From Actinomycetota bacterium (GTDB taxonomy: Bacteria; Actinomycetota; UBA4738; CALAEC01), in NCBI GenBank assembly GCA_050693275.1, contig JBOGWD010000229.1, positions 1 to 43,394 on the forward strand: a DNA stretch of 43,394 nt, in the 5' to 3' direction. The position numbers and the translations under genes are program-made. The notes beneath the pieces were generated by a model, which had not been told where the DNA came from, ran no database searches, and saw only the letters and a list, made by a program, of their open reading frames with translations. Below are positions 1 through 9,691 of this stretch, piece after piece (the first letter of the stretch is position 1; each line of letters opens with the position of its first letter).

Positions 1-1688
1 CCACCCGGCCCGACACGCTGTGGGGCGTGACGTTCTTCGTGTTCGCCCCGGAACATCCGATGGTCGAGGAGCTGGCCAAGGCCGGGGGCACCTCGGCCGA
101 GGTGACCGCGCTCCGGGACCGGCTCCAGGCCACCCCCCTGACGTCGCGGGAGCAGGCCGAGTCGAGGGAGGGCATCCCGCTGCGTGTTCACGCCGTCAAC
201 CCCGTGAACGGGGAGCGGGTGCCATGCTACGTGGCGCCCTACGTGCTGATGGAGTACGGGACCGGAGCCGTGATGGGGGTGCCGGGCCACGACCAGCGCG
301 ACTTCGAGTTCGCCCGGGAGCAGGGGCTGGAGGTCCGGGTGGTGATCCAGCCCGAGGGCCAGCCGCGGGACGCCGCCACGATGACCGAGGCCTTCGATCA
401 CGAGGGCGAGATGGTGCGCTCCGGCCAGTTCGACGGGACGCCCAGCCCCGGGGGGATCCCGCGGGTGATCGCGTGGCTGGATGAGCAGGGGAAGGGCCGG
501 GCCGCGGTCTCCTTTCGCATCCGGGACTGGCTGATCTCCCGCCAGCGGTACTGGGGGGCCCCGATCCCGATCGTCCACTGCCCGACGTGCGGAGAGGTCC
601 CGGTCCCCGAGGGCGACCTGCCTGTGGTTCTCCCGGACGACGTGGACTTCTCGCTCACCGGCGAGTCGCCGCTGGCCAAGCACGACGGGTTCGTGCACGT
701 CACCTGTCCCCGGTGCGGCGGAGCCGCCACGCGGGAGACGGACACGGTGGACACGTTCGTGGATTCCTCCTGGTACTACTACCGGTACCTGTCGCCGGGC
801 GAGGACACGCGGGCCTTCGACCCCGAGGCCGTGACCCGGTGGATGCCGGTCGGGCAGTACACGGGCGGCATCGAGCACGCCATCCTGCATCTCCTGTACT
901 CCCGGTTCGTCACCAAGGTCCTGAATGACATGGGCCTGGTCCCGTTCCGGGAGCCGTTCCCCCGGCTGCTGAACCAGGGCCAGGTGATCATGGACGGCGC
1001 AGCCATGAGCAAGAGCAGGGGCAACATCGTCGAGCCCATGCCGCTGGTGGAGAAGTGGGGTGCGGACGCCATCCGCGTGACGATGCTGTTCGCCAACAAG
1101 CCCGAGGACGACATCGACTGGGCCGACGTGTCCCCCGAAGGCGTCCGGTCCTGGCTGGAGCGGGTGTGGCGGGCGGTCCACGACGCCGCCGGAGGGGAGG
1201 GCGGGGACCCGGAGCCGCTCCGACGGTTCACCCATCGCACCATCGAGCGGGTGACCGAGCTGTACGACGGGTACCGGTTCAACGTCGCGGTGGCCCGGCT
1301 GATGGAGTTGACCAACGAGGTCCGGGCCGCCGTGGATCGAGGAGCGCCGGCCCGGGAGGCGGCGACCGCGCTGGTGCAGATGGTCGCGCCGATGGCCCCG
1401 TTCATCGCCGAGGAGCTGTGGCGGGAGGTCCTGGGAGGCCGGGAGAGCGTGCACGGACGGGCCTGGCCGGGCTTCGACCCGGACCTGGCCCGTCTGGAGA
1501 CCGTCACGCTGGTGGTCCAGGTCGACGGCCGGGTCCGCGACCGGATCGAGGTCCCGGCCGACGTCTCCCAGGAGGAGGCCGAACGCCTGGCCCGCAGCTC
1601 CGAGAACGCCCTCCGGGTGATCGGGGAGCGCCGGGTGGCCCGGGTGATCGCCCGTCCGCCCAGGCTCGTCAACCTGGTCACCGGCTGA
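1..1688 (+). CDS. leuS: Leucine--tRNA ligase, C-terminal part (5' end lies upstream of the window)
   Basis: The frame is open to the window edge. The class I KMSKS loop is present as AMSKSRGN. LeuRS-like zinc/editing and anticodon-binding regions are recognisable. GC3-rich codons. Confidence 0.95.
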   Translation, partial: TRPDTLWGVTFFVFAPEHPMVEELAKAGGTSAEVTALRDRLQATPLTSREQAESREGIPLRVHAVNPVNGERVPCYVAPYVLMEYGTGAVMGVPGHDQRDFEFAREQGLEVRVVIQPEGQPRDAATMTEAFDHEGEMVRSGQFDGTPSPGGIPRVIAWLDEQGKGRAAVSFRIRDWLISRQRYWGAPIPIVHCPTCGEVPVPEGDLPVVLPDDVDFSLTGESPLAKHDGFVHVTCPRCGGAATRETDTVDTFVDSSWYYYRYLSPGEDTRAFDPEAVTRWMPVGQYTGGIEHAILHLLYSRFVTKVLNDMGLVPFREPFPRLLNQGQVIMDGAAMSKSRGNIVEPMPLVEKWGADAIRVTMLFANKPEDDIDWADVSPEGVRSWLERVWRAVHDAAGGEGGDPEPLRRFTHRTIERVTELYDGYRFNVAVARLMELTNEVRAAVDRGAPAREAATALVQMVAPMAPFIAEELWREVLGGRESVHGRAWPGFDPDLARLETVTLVVQVDGRVRDRIEVPADVSQEEAERLARSSENALRVIGERRVARVIARPPRLVNLVTG

Positions 1689-1689
1689 G

Positions 1690-1980
1690 GTGCTCGACGT
1701 CCGGCAGAAGGACGGGAGGGTCCGGGTCTCCGCCCGGATCCGGCCCCGGGCCCGGCCCGGCCTCGAGGTCACGGACGGCGGGTTGGTGATCCGGGTGGCT
1801 GCCGTCCCGGAGAAGGGCCGGGCCACGGAGGAGGCGCTGCGTCTCCTGGCCTCCGCTCTCGGCGTGGCGCCGTCGGCGGTGGAGCTCCGCACCGGCGCCG
1901 CGGCCCGGCGAAAGACGTTCGTCGTCTCGGGCGTGTCGGCCACCGACGCCCGCTCGCGGCTCCTGGCCGCGACGGGCTGA
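1690..1980 (+). CDS. DUF167 (YggU-like) small protein
   Basis: 96 aa with a GTG start 1 nt after the leuS stop. The pattern ...GGLVIRVAAVPEKGRATEEALRLLASALGV...VELRTGAAARRK is typical of the DUF167 family. Confidence 0.7.
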   Translation: MLDVRQKDGRVRVSARIRPRARPGLEVTDGGLVIRVAAVPEKGRATEEALRLLASALGVAPSAVELRTGAAARRKTFVVSGVSATDARSRLLAATG

Positions 1981-1985
1981 GCCGG

Positions 1986-2627
1986 TCAGTCGATTCGCAA
2001 GGCCACCATCACCCCGTCGCGGGTCGGCACGACGGTCGAGCGGTAGCGGTCGTCCTCGGCGACGGCGTGGTTGTGCTCGAGCACGGCCTCGGTGATGCCC
2101 TCGGGCCCGTCGTCAGGCACACCCTCGGCCACGCGTCCTGCCCACAGCACGTTGTCGCACAGGTACAGGCCGCCGACGCGGATCCGCTCCCTGGCCTTCC
2201 GCCAGGCCTGGGGGTAGCCCTCCTTGTCGATGTCGTTGAAGATCACGTCGAACTCGCCGTCGAGCTCGTCGATGACCTCCACCGCCTCGCCGACGTGGGC
2301 GCGCACCCGCCCGGCCAGGCCGGCCCGACCGAGGTACTCGGCGGCCCGGGCGGGCATCTTCGGGTCGGTGTCGGTCGTGTGCACCTCGCCTCCCGGCCCG
2401 ACCGCCCGGGCGAACCAGTAGGCGGAGTAGCCGAAGCCCGAGCCGAGCTCGAGGACCCTGCGGGCGCCGATGGATAGGGCCAGCACCTCCAGCGTCACGC
2501 CTACCACCCGGCCGACGATGGGGAACCCGCCCGCGGCTTCCTCCATCGCGTCCGCCACCTCGTGTTCGCCGCCGACGAGGTGGCGCAGGTAGTCCTCGAT
2601 CCTCGGGTCCACGATGTCGATGCCCAT
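1986..2627 (-). CDS. Class I SAM-dependent O-methyltransferase (caffeoyl-CoA OMT-like, family 3)
   Basis: SAM motif I is VLELGSGFGYS. DIDKEGY and GGLYLCDNVLW are typical of cation-dependent OMTs. Confidence 0.8.
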   Translation of the reverse strand: MGIDIVDPRIEDYLRHLVGGEHEVADAMEEAAGGFPIVGRVVGVTLEVLALSIGARRVLELGSGFGYSAYWFARAVGPGGEVHTTDTDPKMPARAAEYLGRAGLAGRVRAHVGEAVEVIDELDGEFDVIFNDIDKEGYPQAWRKARERIRVGGLYLCDNVLWAGRVAEGVPDDGPEGITEAVLEHNHAVAEDDRYRSTVVPTRDGVMVALRID

Positions 2628-2770
2628 GTCCGTCCCTCCATCCGGGTGCGGTCTCCGCGGCGAGGATAGCGCCCGAGACCCATGTCACCGGGGGCCGCTA
2701 GGCTCCCGGACGTCGAGTCCTCCCCCTCCGGCCGGGCCGGTGCGTGGCCCGACGCGAACCGAAGGAGGCG

Positions 2771-3379
2771 ATGGACGGAGGCGTCCGGGACTGGCTGGCG
2801 GGGCTGACCCGTCGTGAGTTGGCCCTGGTTGCCGTGGTCGGGCTGGCCGTCGTGGGAGCCGCCGGGCTGTGGTACGCGCGATCCCTACCCCGCCCGGTCG
2901 AGGTGCGAGCGCCGGCTGCCGCTCCCACCCTCTCCGCGGAGCCTGCCACGGTGCTTGTGCACGTGGCCGGCTGGGTCCGCCGGGCCGGCGTGTACGAGCT
3001 TGACGAGGGCGACCGGGTCGTCGACGCGATCGATGCGGCCGGGGGACCGCGCAGGGGAGCCGATCTGGGAGCGCTGAACCTGGCGGCGGTCCTCGTCGAC
3101 GCACAGCAGGTGCTCGTGCCCAGGGCCGTGGACCAGGCGGAGGGGCCGGGGATCGACTCGTCGACGGGGGCGGGGACCGCCGCTCCTCAGCTCGTGAACG
3201 TCAACACGGCCTCACCGGAGGAGCTGGACACGCTGCCGGGCATCGGCGAGGTGCTGGCCGCCGCGATCGTCTCCTACCGCGAGGAGCACGGCCCGTTCAC
3301 GGCCGTCGACCAGCTCGTCGACGTCAGCGGGATCGGGGAGGTGACGATGGAGGAGATCCGTGACCTGGTGACGGTGTGA
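2771..3379 (+). CDS. comEA: ComEA-type DNA-binding competence protein (TM anchor, SLBB, tandem helix-hairpin-helix)
   Basis: C-terminal HhH repeats LDTLPGIGEVLAAAIV and VDVSGIGEVTMEEI. ATG 2771 is preferred over the track start 2744 because a GAAGGAGG Shine-Dalgarno lies 4 nt upstream. Confidence 0.85.
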   Translation: MDGGVRDWLAGLTRRELALVAVVGLAVVGAAGLWYARSLPRPVEVRAPAAAPTLSAEPATVLVHVAGWVRRAGVYELDEGDRVVDAIDAAGGPRRGADLGALNLAAVLVDAQQVLVPRAVDQAEGPGIDSSTGAGTAAPQLVNVNTASPEELDTLPGIGEVLAAAIVSYREEHGPFTAVDQLVDVSGIGEVTMEEIRDLVTV

Positions 3380-5823
3380 TGGCGAGGTGGGCCCTCCCGG
3401 TCGCCGCGGGGGGCCTGTGGGCCGGGATCCTGCTGGCCGGGCCCGCTCCTCTCGCTCCTGCCATCGCGCTGGTGGCGGGGCTGGCCGGGCTGGCCGCCGC
3501 GGCCCGGTGGGGGAGGGGGCGCCGGCGGACGTCGCGACGCATCGTCGACGCTGCCGGCCTGGCCGTCGTGGCGGACCCCCCGGGCCCTCGGGAACTGGTC
3601 CTGGCCGCCGCGGGGTTCCCCGTGGGCGTGCGTGAACCGCCGGATCCGGCCCGGCCCAATCGTCCCTGGGCTCGGGGGGTGGCCGCGACTGCGGCGTGCG
3701 TGCTCGTCGGTGCCGGTTGGGCGGGCGTCCGCGGCGCCCTGCGCGAGGGTCCAGGTCCGCTGGAGGGCCGGCACGTGACGTTCCGCGGGACAGCCGTCTC
3801 CGACCTCCGCCGGTTCGACTGGGGATGGGGCGTCGAGGTCGGCCTGGAGGAGGCGGCCGTGTCCGAGCGATGGACGGAAGTGGACCTCCGCGTGTGGGCC
3901 TCCGGTTCGGGTGCGGGTCCCTCGGTCGAGGCCGGCCAACCCGTGTCGGGGACCGGCACCCTGCGTGCCGTCGATCCCGCCGCGTCCGGGTTCGACGCCT
4001 ACCTGGCCGGCCGGGGGGTGGTGGCCCGGGCGAACGTGACCGGCCTGATGCCCCGAGGCCCCCCGGCGAACCCCGCGCTCCGGCTGGCCGCAGCCGCCCG
4101 GCGAGCCCTCCGCCGCGGGGCCCATGGCGCGCTGCCCGAGCGCGAGGCCGCGCTGCTGCTGGGGCTGTCGGTCGGCGACACCTCGGGGATGGATGCCGAG
4201 GTCGAGGAGGACTTCCGGGCGTCCGGACTGGCCCACCTCGTGGCGGTGTCCGGGTCCAACGTGGCCATGTTCCTGGCCCCGGTGCTGGCGGTGGCCACGA
4301 GGTTCCGGCTGCGCCTGCGGTCCCGGGTGATGCTGGGCGTGGCCGCCATCGGGTTCTTCGCCCTGTTGACGCGGTGGGAGCCGTCGGTGCTCCGGGCCAG
4401 CGCCATGGCCGCCGCGGCCCTGGCCGGGGTATGGGCGGGCCGTCCCCGGAGCACGGGAGCGCTCCTCGGCGCCTCGATCGTGGCCCTGCTGGCGGCCGAT
4501 CCGGGGCTGGCCCGATCCGTCGGGTTCCAGCTGTCGGTGGCAGCCACGGCCGGACTGGCGCTTCTGGCCGGACCGCTGGCGAGCCGCGTGGGGTTCCTTC
4601 CCCGCCCTGTGGCCCTGGCCGCCGCGGCGACCGCGGCCGCGCAGGTCGGGGTGACCCCCCTGCTCCTGCTGCACTTCGGCATCGTGCCGACGGTCACGCT
4701 CCTGGCGAACCTGCTGGCGTTCCCCGCCGTCGGCCTGGCGCTGCTCGGCGGCCTGGTCGCCGCGGGATCGGCCCTGGCCTGGGCCCCCCTCGGCCATGCC
4801 CTGGGCGGGCTCGCGGCGCTGCCGCTCTCCTACCTGATCGGCCTGGCCGACCGGATGGCCCGGGCTCCCTTCCCCTCGCTCGTGGGGAGCGGCGTGGCGA
4901 TGCCGGTCGCGGCCGGCGTCGTGGCCGTCCTCCTGGCGTGGCGGCTGCGGCGAGGTGGCCGTCCCCGGGTGGGGACCGTGATCGCCGTGGCCGCCGTGGC
5001 CGCCGTGACCTGGTCGGCGGTCCCAGCCGCAGGCCCGCCGCCGACGGTCACGGTCACCTTCCTGGACGTGGGCCAGGGAGACGCCGCGGTGGTCCGCGGC
5101 CCCGACGGGGCCACGATCCTCATCGACACGGGGCCGGACGAGGATCAGGTGGCCGCGGACCTGGCCGCGATGGGCATCCGGCGGATCGACCTGGCGGTGG
5201 CGTCACACGCCCATGCCGATCACGTCGAGGGGTTCCCGGCCATCCTGGCCCGGTTCCCGGTCTCGCTCCTGATCGAGCCTGGGTGTCAGGGGGACTCACC
5301 CTCGTACGCGCGGTTCCGCGAGTCGGTCCGGGCCGAGGGCGTCCCGGTCCGGCACCCCAGAGGCGGTGAAGGGTTCGACGTCGGGTCCCTGAAGGTGGAC
5401 GTCCTCGGTCCCGACGAGTGCTCCGTGGGCGGCTCGGAGCCGAACAACGACTCACTGGTGCTGCGGCTTCGATCCGGAACCGCCTCCATCCTGTTCCCCG
5501 GGGACGCCGAGGTCGAGGCGCAGCGCGATCTTCAGGACGACAGGGATCCGGTCAGGGCGATCGTGCTCAAGGTTCCCCACCACGGCGGCGACACGTCGGA
5601 CCCGGCATTCTTCCACGCCGTGGACGCGGCGGTGGCCGTGGTCAGCACCGGTCCGAACGACTACGGGCACCCGAACCCGGTGGTGCTGGCGGAGCTGCGG
5701 TCGGCGGGCATGACCGTGTACCGCACCGACCTGGCCGGTGACGTCACGGTGCGGTTCTCCCCCGACGGGCTTCTCGTGGAGGCCGCGGGAGTGCGTACAG
5801 ACCCAACGGTCGGCGGGCGGTAG
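3376..5823 (+). CDS. comEC: ComEC/Rec2 DNA internalisation channel with C-terminal metallo-beta-lactamase domain
   Basis: Polytopic membrane core followed by an MBL motif SHAHADHVEG. The start (GTG 3376 or ATG 3379) overlaps the comEA stop. Confidence 0.9.
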   Translation: MMARWALPVAAGGLWAGILLAGPAPLAPAIALVAGLAGLAAAARWGRGRRRTSRRIVDAAGLAVVADPPGPRELVLAAAGFPVGVREPPDPARPNRPWARGVAATAACVLVGAGWAGVRGALREGPGPLEGRHVTFRGTAVSDLRRFDWGWGVEVGLEEAAVSERWTEVDLRVWASGSGAGPSVEAGQPVSGTGTLRAVDPAASGFDAYLAGRGVVARANVTGLMPRGPPANPALRLAAAARRALRRGAHGALPEREAALLLGLSVGDTSGMDAEVEEDFRASGLAHLVAVSGSNVAMFLAPVLAVATRFRLRLRSRVMLGVAAIGFFALLTRWEPSVLRASAMAAAALAGVWAGRPRSTGALLGASIVALLAADPGLARSVGFQLSVAATAGLALLAGPLASRVGFLPRPVALAAAATAAAQVGVTPLLLLHFGIVPTVTLLANLLAFPAVGLALLGGLVAAGSALAWAPLGHALGGLAALPLSYLIGLADRMARAPFPSLVGSGVAMPVAAGVVAVLLAWRLRRGGRPRVGTVIAVAAVAAVTWSAVPAAGPPPTVTVTFLDVGQGDAAVVRGPDGATILIDTGPDEDQVAADLAAMGIRRIDLAVASHAHADHVEGFPAILARFPVSLLIEPGCQGDSPSYARFRESVRAEGVPVRHPRGGEGFDVGSLKVDVLGPDECSVGGSEPNNDSLVLRLRSGTASILFPGDAEVEAQRDLQDDRDPVRAIVLKVPHHGGDTSDPAFFHAVDAAVAVVSTGPNDYGHPNPVVLAELRSAGMTVYRTDLAGDVTVRFSPDGLLVEAAGVRTDPTVGGR

Positions 5824-5832
5824 CCTGGACCA

Positions 5833-6708
5833 GTGTTCGGGCTCACGCGGGCGAACCTCCGGCACCTCCTGGGGATGTTCCGTCTCGGGACTCGCCCGGC
5901 GGTGACGGTCTACGAGAGCCTCGGCACCGACTTCTTCCTGGCTCCGGCACCCGGCTGGCTGAACCTTGGATGGTGGGAGGGGGAGGGGAGCGAGGAGGAG
6001 GCTCCGGTCGCCCCGGGGCGGCTGGTCGAGATCCTGGCCGACCCTCTTCCTCGGGGCGGCGCGATCCTCGATGTCGCGAACGGCCTCGGCGTCCAGGACC
6101 CCGTGATCGCACGGGTGACAGCGCCCCGCCTGCTCGCTGCGGTCAACCTCACCGAGTTCCAGCTCCGGGCCGGGCGGGAGCGTCTCTCGTCGGCGGAGGC
6201 CCTCCCCGTCCTCGCCGACGCGATCCGCCTCCCCTTCGGCGACGCCTCCTTCGACGGGTTGATCTGTGTGGAGGCGGCGTTCCACTTCCCGTCTCGCGCG
6301 GGCTTCTTCGCGGAGGCGCTCCGGGTGCTTCGGCCGGGCGGGGTCCTGTCGATGTCGGACGTGACCGTCGAGCGGCGGCCCCGGACGCTTCAGGACGCCG
6401 CGGCCGGGCTCCTGCTGCTGCGGATATGGGGGATGCGCACCAGGCAGCTCGAGAGCGCCGGACGGATCGCCGGGTTGGCGGAGGCGGCGGGGCTCACCGA
6501 CGTCCGCGTCGAGCTGTGCGCCGCCCGCACGATCGACCCTGCCCTCCGGCTGGCCCGCGCCCGGCTCGCCTCGCCGCGGGGCCACCCGAGGGCCCATGTC
6601 TGGGGGGCCCGGGTGGGCATCCGTCAGATCGAGCGACTGCGGGCGCGTGGCTTCATCCAGTACGCGCTCCTCACGGCCCGAGCCCCGGCCGTCGGTTCTT
6701 CGGCCTGA
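5833..6708 (+). CDS. Class I SAM-dependent methyltransferase (Methyltransf_11-like)
   Basis: LNLGWW motif. Motif I is ILDVANGLG. Post-I/II region is LPFGDASFDGLICVEAAFHF...LRPGGVL. Confidence 0.75.
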   Translation: MFGLTRANLRHLLGMFRLGTRPAVTVYESLGTDFFLAPAPGWLNLGWWEGEGSEEEAPVAPGRLVEILADPLPRGGAILDVANGLGVQDPVIARVTAPRLLAAVNLTEFQLRAGRERLSSAEALPVLADAIRLPFGDASFDGLICVEAAFHFPSRAGFFAEALRVLRPGGVLSMSDVTVERRPRTLQDAAAGLLLLRIWGMRTRQLESAGRIAGLAEAAGLTDVRVELCAARTIDPALRLARARLASPRGHPRAHVWGARVGIRQIERLRARGFIQYALLTARAPAVGSSA

Positions 6709-6834
6709 ATCGGCCGTGGGCTGATCGCCGAGCTCCACAGGGCCGTCGGACGAACGCCCCCGGCTGGGTAGGACGGCGCCGTCATGACAGGGGTGTGTAC
6801 CGTCTCCGGCACCGATCGAAGGAGCTGAGGAGTC

Positions 6835-7338
6835 ATGGCCGCGTGGGCGCTGGAGCGGGCCCGGAACCCATCGATCCTTCGGCTCCATACGACGGTCGAG
6901 CTGACCCGGGCCACCATCGAGACCTGCCCTCCGGCTCGGGCGCCGTGGCCGGTGGACCGGCTCCCGTCAATCCCGGGTCTTCGGTCGATGGACCTTCACC
7001 GCTACCGGGCCCGGCTGAACCTCGCTCCGGGAACCGACCCGGCGCACGCTGAGGTCAGGATCCGGGAGATCCTGTCTCCGGAGCTGGGACCGCCCGTGGA
7101 CCTGCCGGCCGAGCCCCCGCCCCGAACGTTCGCCGTGCGGTACCGGGGTCCCCGGGCCGTTGCGGAGAGCCCGGTGATGGCTCGGTCACAGCCGGTGCTC
7201 CGAGCGGCGTTCCTCGCGATCGGAGTGGCCGAGGCCATCCTGACCGGGGGCGTGGTGCAGGTCCGTCTGGGGCGACTGTTCGCCTGGGATCAGGCTGAGG
7301 AAGCGGTCCGGAAAGTCCTCCGATCATTTGCGCCCTGA
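6835..7338 (+). CDS. Hypothetical protein with no recognisable domain
   Basis: An ATG is preceded by GAAGGAGCTGAGGAG. Codons are GC3-rich across 167 codons. I recognise no family motifs. Confidence 0.45.
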   Translation: MAAWALERARNPSILRLHTTVELTRATIETCPPARAPWPVDRLPSIPGLRSMDLHRYRARLNLAPGTDPAHAEVRIREILSPELGPPVDLPAEPPPRTFAVRYRGPRAVAESPVMARSQPVLRAAFLAIGVAEAILTGGVVQVRLGRLFAWDQAEEAVRKVLRSFAP

Positions 7339-7418
7339 ACCGCTCAGGCCCCGTCCCTGTCGGCCGATTCTCCTGACTCGCGGGCCGAGGCAGGGGAGTC
7401 ACCTGAGCGATGCACCCT

Positions 7419-8228
7419 TCAGGTGCCTCCCGCCTCCTCCGTCCGGCGTGCCTGCGGCTGCCCGTCGCCCCTGCCAAGGGCCGCGCCCAGGGCCCCGAGC
7501 GTGTCCATCGGCAACGGGAAGATCACCGTCGTCGTCCGGTCGGAGGCGATCTCGGACATCGTCGACAGCACCCGCAGCTGCATGGCGGCGGGTTCCTCCC
7601 GGAGCTGCCGCCCCGCCCGGGACAGGGTTTCCGCAGCCTCGAATTCCCCCTTGGCGTGGATCACCTTCGCTCGCCGGTCCCGCTCCGCCACGGCCTGGCG
7701 GGCCATGGCCCGGCGCATGGCCTCCGGTAGCTCCACGTCCTTCACCTCGACCAGCGTGACCTTCACTCCCCAGGGGTTGGTGAGATCGTCGATGATCTTC
7801 TGAAGGCGGCGGTTGATCTCGTCCCGGGACACCAGCAGCTCGTCCAAGTCGGCCTGGCCGATGACGCTCCGCAGGGTGGTCTGGGCAACCTGGGACGTGC
7901 CGAAGAAGTAATCCTGGATGGCCACTGTGGCCCTGATGGGATCCACCACGTTGAAGTAGCTGACCGCGTTCACCCGGACGGTCACGTTGTCCCTGGTGAT
8001 GATGTCCTGGCTGGCGACGTCGTGGGTCACCGTCTGGAGGTTCACCTTCACCATCCGGTCGATGACGGGGATGATGAAGAACAGACCGGGACCCTTCGCC
8101 CCGATCACCCGCCCCAGCCGGAAGATGACTCCGCGCTCGTATTCCTTCACGATCCGGATCGCCGAGATGGCGATGATCGCGATGAGCACCACCGCGGCCC
8201 CGATGCCGTAAAGCGTCGCCTGGCTCAT
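7419..8228 (-). CDS. SPFH/band 7 (stomatin-like, slipin) membrane scaffold protein
   Basis: N-terminal TM helix, then the SPFH core (IVKEYERGVIFRLGR...TRDNVTVRVNAVSYF...AMARQAVAERDRRAKVI). The start overlaps the NfeD stop (ATGA, 8225-8228). Confidence 0.9.
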   Translation of the reverse strand: MSQATLYGIGAAVVLIAIIAISAIRIVKEYERGVIFRLGRVIGAKGPGLFFIIPVIDRMVKVNLQTVTHDVASQDIITRDNVTVRVNAVSYFNVVDPIRATVAIQDYFFGTSQVAQTTLRSVIGQADLDELLVSRDEINRRLQKIIDDLTNPWGVKVTLVEVKDVELPEAMRRAMARQAVAERDRRAKVIHAKGEFEAAETLSRAGRQLREEPAAMQLRVLSTMSEIASDRTTTVIFPLPMDTLGALGAALGRGDGQPQARRTEEAGGT

Positions 8229-9640
8229 GGCTCTCCTTTCTCCTCTATCTCCTCTTCCGGTGCCTCCTGGTCCTCCACGATGAGGTCAAGGCCCTCGACG
8301 TCGACCACGCGCACGGTGGCTTCGTCCCGCAGCTGCTCGCCCCTGGTCCTCACGTTCCACCACGCCCCCTCCACCATCGCCTGGCCGGTGGTGCCGCTGG
8401 CCGAACTCACCACGGCGACCGAGCCCAGGAGCCCGCCCGCCCCGGTGGTCGGGGCCAGCCGCCGGGTCCGCCATGCGAGGCGACCGGCCAGCACCGTCGC
8501 CCCACCGACCACGATGGCCACGGGGATCAGCACCTCGGGATCCACCCCCACCCGGCCGCGGAACAGGAACAGCCCGCCCAGGACCAGGGACGCGGTGCCT
8601 CCCGCGGCGCCGACCCCGACGCCGGGGGTGAAGACCTCCACCCCGAACAGGATCGCCGCGAGAACGAGGAGCAGTCCTCCCAGGGCGTTCACGGGGAGTA
8701 CGGCCAGGGCGAACAGCGCCAGCAGGATCAGGATCACGCCCACGATCGCCGAGCCCCCGAAGCCCGGATTCGCCAGCTCGTAGATGATGGCCAGGGTCCC
8801 CAGGGACATGAACAGGAAGGCCAGGTTGGGGTCGGCCAGCCACTGCAGGACCGACCGGAACGCACCCAGCTCATAGGGGACGATCTGGGCCTCGCTGGTC
8901 TCGAGGGTCAGCCGGGTCCCGGTCGCTAGGGTCACCGTCTCCCCGTCGATGGCCTCGAGCAGGGCGGCCCGGTCCGGGGCGAGAAGGTCCACCACGCCGA
9001 TCCGCTCCGCCTCTTCGGCGGTGACCGACCGACCCTCGCGCACGGCCTCGACGGCGAACTCCGTGTCACGGCCACGAGCCCGGGCCACGGACTCTGCGTA
9101 GGCCGCGGCGTCCTCGATGATCTTCCGCTGGACGTCCCCGCCTTCGAGGTCCACCGGGGTGGCCGCCCCGATCGCGGTTCCCGGGGCCATCGCCGCGATG
9201 TGCGCGGACATCGTGATGAGAGCACCGGCCGAGGCGGCCCGCGCCCCGGAGGGGGCCACGTGGACCACCACGGGGACGTCGGCGCCGAGGAAGGCCTGGA
9301 TGATGTCTCGCATCGAGGCGTCGAGCCCGCCGGGGGTATCGAGCTCGATCAGGAATACGTGGTGGGCCTCCTCCTCCGCGAGGGCCACCCCTTCCCCGAT
9401 GTGGTCGGCGATCACCGGGGTGATCACGCCGTCCACCTGGGTGACCAGCACCGTTCGCGCCTGGGCCCGGGCGCCGGTGGCCGAGGCCGCCAGCCAGAGC
9501 GCGAGAGGGAGGATGAGCATGCCCAGCACGGTCCGCCGCCCCGGATGGGGGGCGAAGGGCAACGTCCGCGGCAAGCGAAGCATCAGATGCCCGTCCCCGT
9601 GGCTGGGGGCGTCCTCCAACTCCAACCTACCTCGCGGCAC
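8225..9640 (-). CDS. NfeD-family membrane-bound ClpP-class serine protease with C-terminal OB (NfeD) domain
   Basis: ClpP/S49-like N-domain (VVHVAPSGARAASAGALI), 4-5 TM helices, and a C-terminal OB fold (GQAMVEGAWWNVRTRGE). The true start may be internal at ATG 9583 or 9520, giving a signal-like MLRLPRT.../MLILPLALW. Confidence 0.85.
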   Translation of the reverse strand: MPRGRLELEDAPSHGDGHLMLRLPRTLPFAPHPGRRTVLGMLILPLALWLAASATGARAQARTVLVTQVDGVITPVIADHIGEGVALAEEEAHHVFLIELDTPGGLDASMRDIIQAFLGADVPVVVHVAPSGARAASAGALITMSAHIAAMAPGTAIGAATPVDLEGGDVQRKIIEDAAAYAESVARARGRDTEFAVEAVREGRSVTAEEAERIGVVDLLAPDRAALLEAIDGETVTLATGTRLTLETSEAQIVPYELGAFRSVLQWLADPNLAFLFMSLGTLAIIYELANPGFGGSAIVGVILILLALFALAVLPVNALGGLLLVLAAILFGVEVFTPGVGVGAAGGTASLVLGGLFLFRGRVGVDPEVLIPVAIVVGGATVLAGRLAWRTRRLAPTTGAGGLLGSVAVVSSASGTTGQAMVEGAWWNVRTRGEQLRDEATVRVVDVEGLDLIVEDQEAPEEEIEEKGEP

Positions 9641-9691
9641 CGGCGGGCGCTGGCGCGGTTCCCGGAGGGCTGAGCGCGGTCGGCGGGCGAT

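Noticed and set aside
3274-4797. A 507-aa minus-strand ORF (and 3324-3959, 3999-4697) antisense to comEC
   Set aside because: It is extremely Arg/Gly/Pro/His-rich and low-complexity, and it is fully nested antisense to a well-supported membrane protein gene. This is the typical shadow ORF of a ~70% GC genome, where stop codons are rare in all frames.
7339-7418. An imperfect hairpin (CCCTGTCGGCC ... GGCCGAGGCAGGG) in the convergent gap between the ORFan and the SPFH gene
   Set aside because: The stem needs a 2-nt bulge and a 17-nt loop and has no U-tract on either strand. This is too weak to call a terminator.
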